Assembly: GCA_043228905.1 (NCBI GenBank)
Contig: JBHGNT010000011.1
Span: forward strand, 7,006,001-7,070,000
Source: Azolla caroliniana
Lineage: Eukaryota > Plantae > Polypodiophyta
DNA length: 64,000 bases
Direction of reading: 5' to 3'
Shown: positions 60,820 to 64,000 of the stretch, piece by piece
Numbering within the stretch: position 1 is the first letter of the stretch
Layout: each line of letters starts with the position of its first letter
The notes under the pieces: model-generated
Seen by the model: the letters and a program-made list of their open reading frames with translations, nothing else
What the model was told of the DNA's origin: nothing
Database searches by the model: none
Translations under genes and position numbers: made by a program

Positions 60820-63594
60820 ATGGACGAATCGTTTGGCGGCATGTTCAAGCAAACCGGCTCCAACTATTCAGTGTGGAAGTCGACGATGAGAGACATGCTC
60901 GTGGTTAAAGATCTTTGGCTACCAGTTCAGTTCGGGGACAATAGACCGGGCAAGATCGACGCCACAATATGGGAGGTGATGCACATGAAGACAACGGCAT
61001 ACATACGGTGCTTCATCGACATGAGCCTATACAACAACTTCAATGAAGAGAGCAAGGCTCATGAGCTCTAGGAGAAGATCGGCATAATGTTTCAGAACAA
61101 AAATGCCGTCAATCAGGTGTCGTTATTCCGGAAGCTAGTAAGACTCCGGTACCAAGATGGCTCCAGCATGGCGGAGCACATGAATGCCTTCCAGGGGCTG
61201 ATCCACCAGGCAACTTCATTGGAAGTACCTCTTGCCGATGAGGTACTAGCACTACTCCTGCTCGGTTCCCTCCCGAATAGCTGGGAGACGTTTACTGTGC
61301 CAAAGACGCCGGAATTGAACGGACTGGCCGAGAGGATGAACCGGACCATAATGGGGAGGGTTCGGAGTATGCTTGCGCATGCAAAACTAGCCAAGAAGTT
61401 TTGGGCTGAGGCACTGTCGACGACGACATATGTGATAAATAGATCACCCTCAGTACCCTTGGACGGAGACACGCCACAGAGAGTGCGGACCGGTAAGGAA
61501 GTATCCTACCGGCATCTGAAGGTGTTCGGGTGTCTTGCGTACGTGCATGTAGCTAAGGACCGGAGAGGTAAGCTAGATCCAAAGACCCGGCCATGCATAT
61601 TCCTCGGTTACGGTGACGATAAATTCGGCTACCGAGTGTGGGACTTGGTCGACAAGAAGGTATTCCGGAGTCGAGATATTATCTTCATGGAGAACAAGAC
61701 ACTTGCCGACTGGGAGTCGGAGAAGAAGATAATGAACTCCGAGTCGACTGGTAAGGATTGACTCTACGATGAGCAGACCCAACCGGTAAGAGACCGGTTA
61801 GCACTCGAGGGACCAACCGGTTACGGTGAGGATACCAAACAGGCTGAAGAAGAAGTAGAGGAAGCTGAAACCAGAATCGGCCAAGACCCCGAATCGGATT
61901 CGGATGAAGAGCAGATGGATGAGCCGGTTACCGAAGCTCGAAGACGGAGATATCCTCTCAGAGAGAGAAGGGCGCCCCAGAGATTTCCGGATGCAGAGCA
62001 TGTTCTGCTGACCGATGAGGGGGAGCCGGAAAGCTTCGAAGAAGTGAAGGAAGACACCCACAACCGAAAATGGTTAAGTGTCATGCAGGACGAGATGGAT
62101 TCCCTGCATGAGAACCATATGTACGAATTGGTGGAGTTGCCGAAAGGAAAGCGGGCACTCCGAAACAAGTGGGTGTACAAGTTGAAACCGGGAGATGCCG
62201 GCAACCCCCCGAGATACAAAGCCAGGATCGTGGTGAAGGGGTTCCAGCAGAAGAAGGGCGTGGACTTCGACGAGATATTTTCCCCGGTAGTAAAGATGAC
62301 CTCCATCCGGATGGTGCTGAGTATAGCGGCAAGCATGGACCTCGAGGTAGAGCAGGTAGACGTGCAGACGACATTCCTTCACGGTGACCTCGAAGAGGAG
62401 ATCTACATGCAGCAACCGGAAGGATTCGTGGAGAAAGGGAAGGAGCACCTAGTATGCCGGTTGAAGAAGAGCCTGTACGGACTGAAGCAGGCTCCCCGAC
62501 AATGGAACCGGAAGTTCGATTCCTTCATGACCGATCAAGGGTAACACAAGACACAGGCCGATCACTGCGTGTTTGTGAAGAAGTTCGAAGAAGGCCACTT
62601 CCTAATACTCCTTTTGTACGTGGATGACATGTTGATCGTCGGACGTGACCAAGTCAAAATACGGATGCTGAAGAAGGCTCTCAACCGGACCTTCTCAACG
62701 AAAGACTTGGGTCGGGCAAGACAGATGTTGGGGATGCACATCATCTTGAACCGGTCAACGAAGCAATTATGGCTGTCACAGGAGAAGTATGTGACAAAGG
62801 TGCTTCACCGGTTCAACATGTCAGAAGCGAAACCGGTCGGATCGACACTTCCGGCAAACTGCAGGCTATCCGGCAAGCAAAGCCCGAAGACGAAAGTAGA
62901 GAAGGTGGATATCATGAAGATTCCATATGCCTCTGCCGTCGGGAGCTTGATGTACGCAATGGTTTGTACTCGACCAGATATAGGATATGCAATCGGAGTG
63001 GTGAGCCGGTTCATGAGTAATCCTGGCAAGGAGCACTGGAACGCGGTCAAATGGATACTCCGGTATTTGAAGGGCACTTCAAATATGTGTCTCTGATTCG
63101 GCTCCGGAAAACCTCAACTGGACGGTTTCACCGATTTAGACATGTCGGCTGATGTGGATACCAGCCGGTCTACATCCGGGTATGTAATGACATATGCAGG
63201 GGGAGCTGTTTCGTGGAAGTTGAGGCTGCAGAAGACGGTTGCATTGTCAACCATGGAGGCGGAGTACATGGCGGCTGTGGAAGCCGGCAAGGAAATTTTA
63301 TGGATGAAGGACTTCATCGGCTAGCTCGGTATACGACAAGAGGAATACTGACTCTATTGCGACAGTCAAAGTGCCATCCACCTTGCTAAGAATGCGGCCT
63401 ACCATTCTCGGACGAAGCATATCCAGCGGACGTATCACTGGATCCGGGAAAGAGTAGATGACGAGGAGTTCGCACTGACGAAGATCCACACGGCCGAGAA
63501 CGGGTCAGATATGGTGACCAAAGTGCTGACACCCGACAAGCTAGATGCATGCCGTAAGAGGATCGGACTGGTAAGACACCCCATGCCGGAGTGA
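60820..63594 (+). pseudogene. gag-pol: Degenerate copia gag-pol lacking gag C-terminus, protease and integrase N-terminus
   Basis: In-frame junction PNSWET|FTVPKTPELNG at ~61290; several stops. Confidence 0.9.
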
Positions 63595-64000
63595 AGGGGG
63601 AGTTTGTTGAGAGGCAGGTCCCTCCAGATGGGAATGGAGAAGAACAGTGCCGATGAACAAACTAGGCCGAGGCCAATAGGCCGAGGCCGAAACCGTATGA
63701 GGAGAACCCGGCTACGGAGAGCCGGATGATACAGACCCGGTGAAGACCGGATGAGGAGTACCCGGCTACGGAGAGCCGGATGATACAGACCCAGTGAAGA
63801 CCGGATGAGGAGTACCCGGCTACGGAGAGCCGGATGATACAGACCCAGTGAAGACCGGATGAGGAGTACCCGGCTACGGAGAGCCGGATGGTGCAGACCC
63901 GGTATGAACCGGATGAAGAGACATATTCGTAAATATGTTTTCTGAGAGTTCATCGAGGCTATATTTGTAAATAGCCGAAAAGTGATATTAGTATAAATAT

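Larger units (their letters stand above)
54577..64000 (+). mobile_element. Internally deleted Tork-like copia (5' LTR 54577-55451, PBS split by an insertion, internal region 60800-63604, 3' LTR from 63605 past the window edge)
   Basis: Same LTR family as 36668-37410; PBS tggtatc|aaagc; PPT gaagggggag at ~63593-63602. Confidence 0.9.

Overview
Plant nuclear heterochromatin with no recognisable host protein-coding gene. A seed-free land plant, probably a fern, is inferred from the Tcn1-like chromoviruses and the organellar insert. About 80% of the window is nested LTR retrotransposons, with Ty1/copia and Ty3/gypsy elements stacked up to five layers deep and several TSDs readable by eye. The rest is a 2.36-kb hAT-type TIR element with an 8-bp TSD, a ~4.8-kb decayed mitochondrial insertion (rrn18 5' part, trnC-GCA, group II intron maturase), and a tandem array of nine tRNA-Asp(GUC) genes at 15.4-17.0 and 20.7-22.2 kb. 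The array is the most unusual object. Each ~350-bp unit is a tRNA-Asp followed by a conserved, hairpin-rich ~215-nt trailer before the first oligo-T, and the units appear to cycle in an A-B-C higher-order pattern. Also notable: a gypsy element carrying a ~1,037-codon extra ORF after integrase, Tf1-type self-priming plus a tRNA-like A/B-box cassette in the chromovirus LTRs, and mosaic copia families. All coordinates were read manually, and boundaries without TSD support are approximate.
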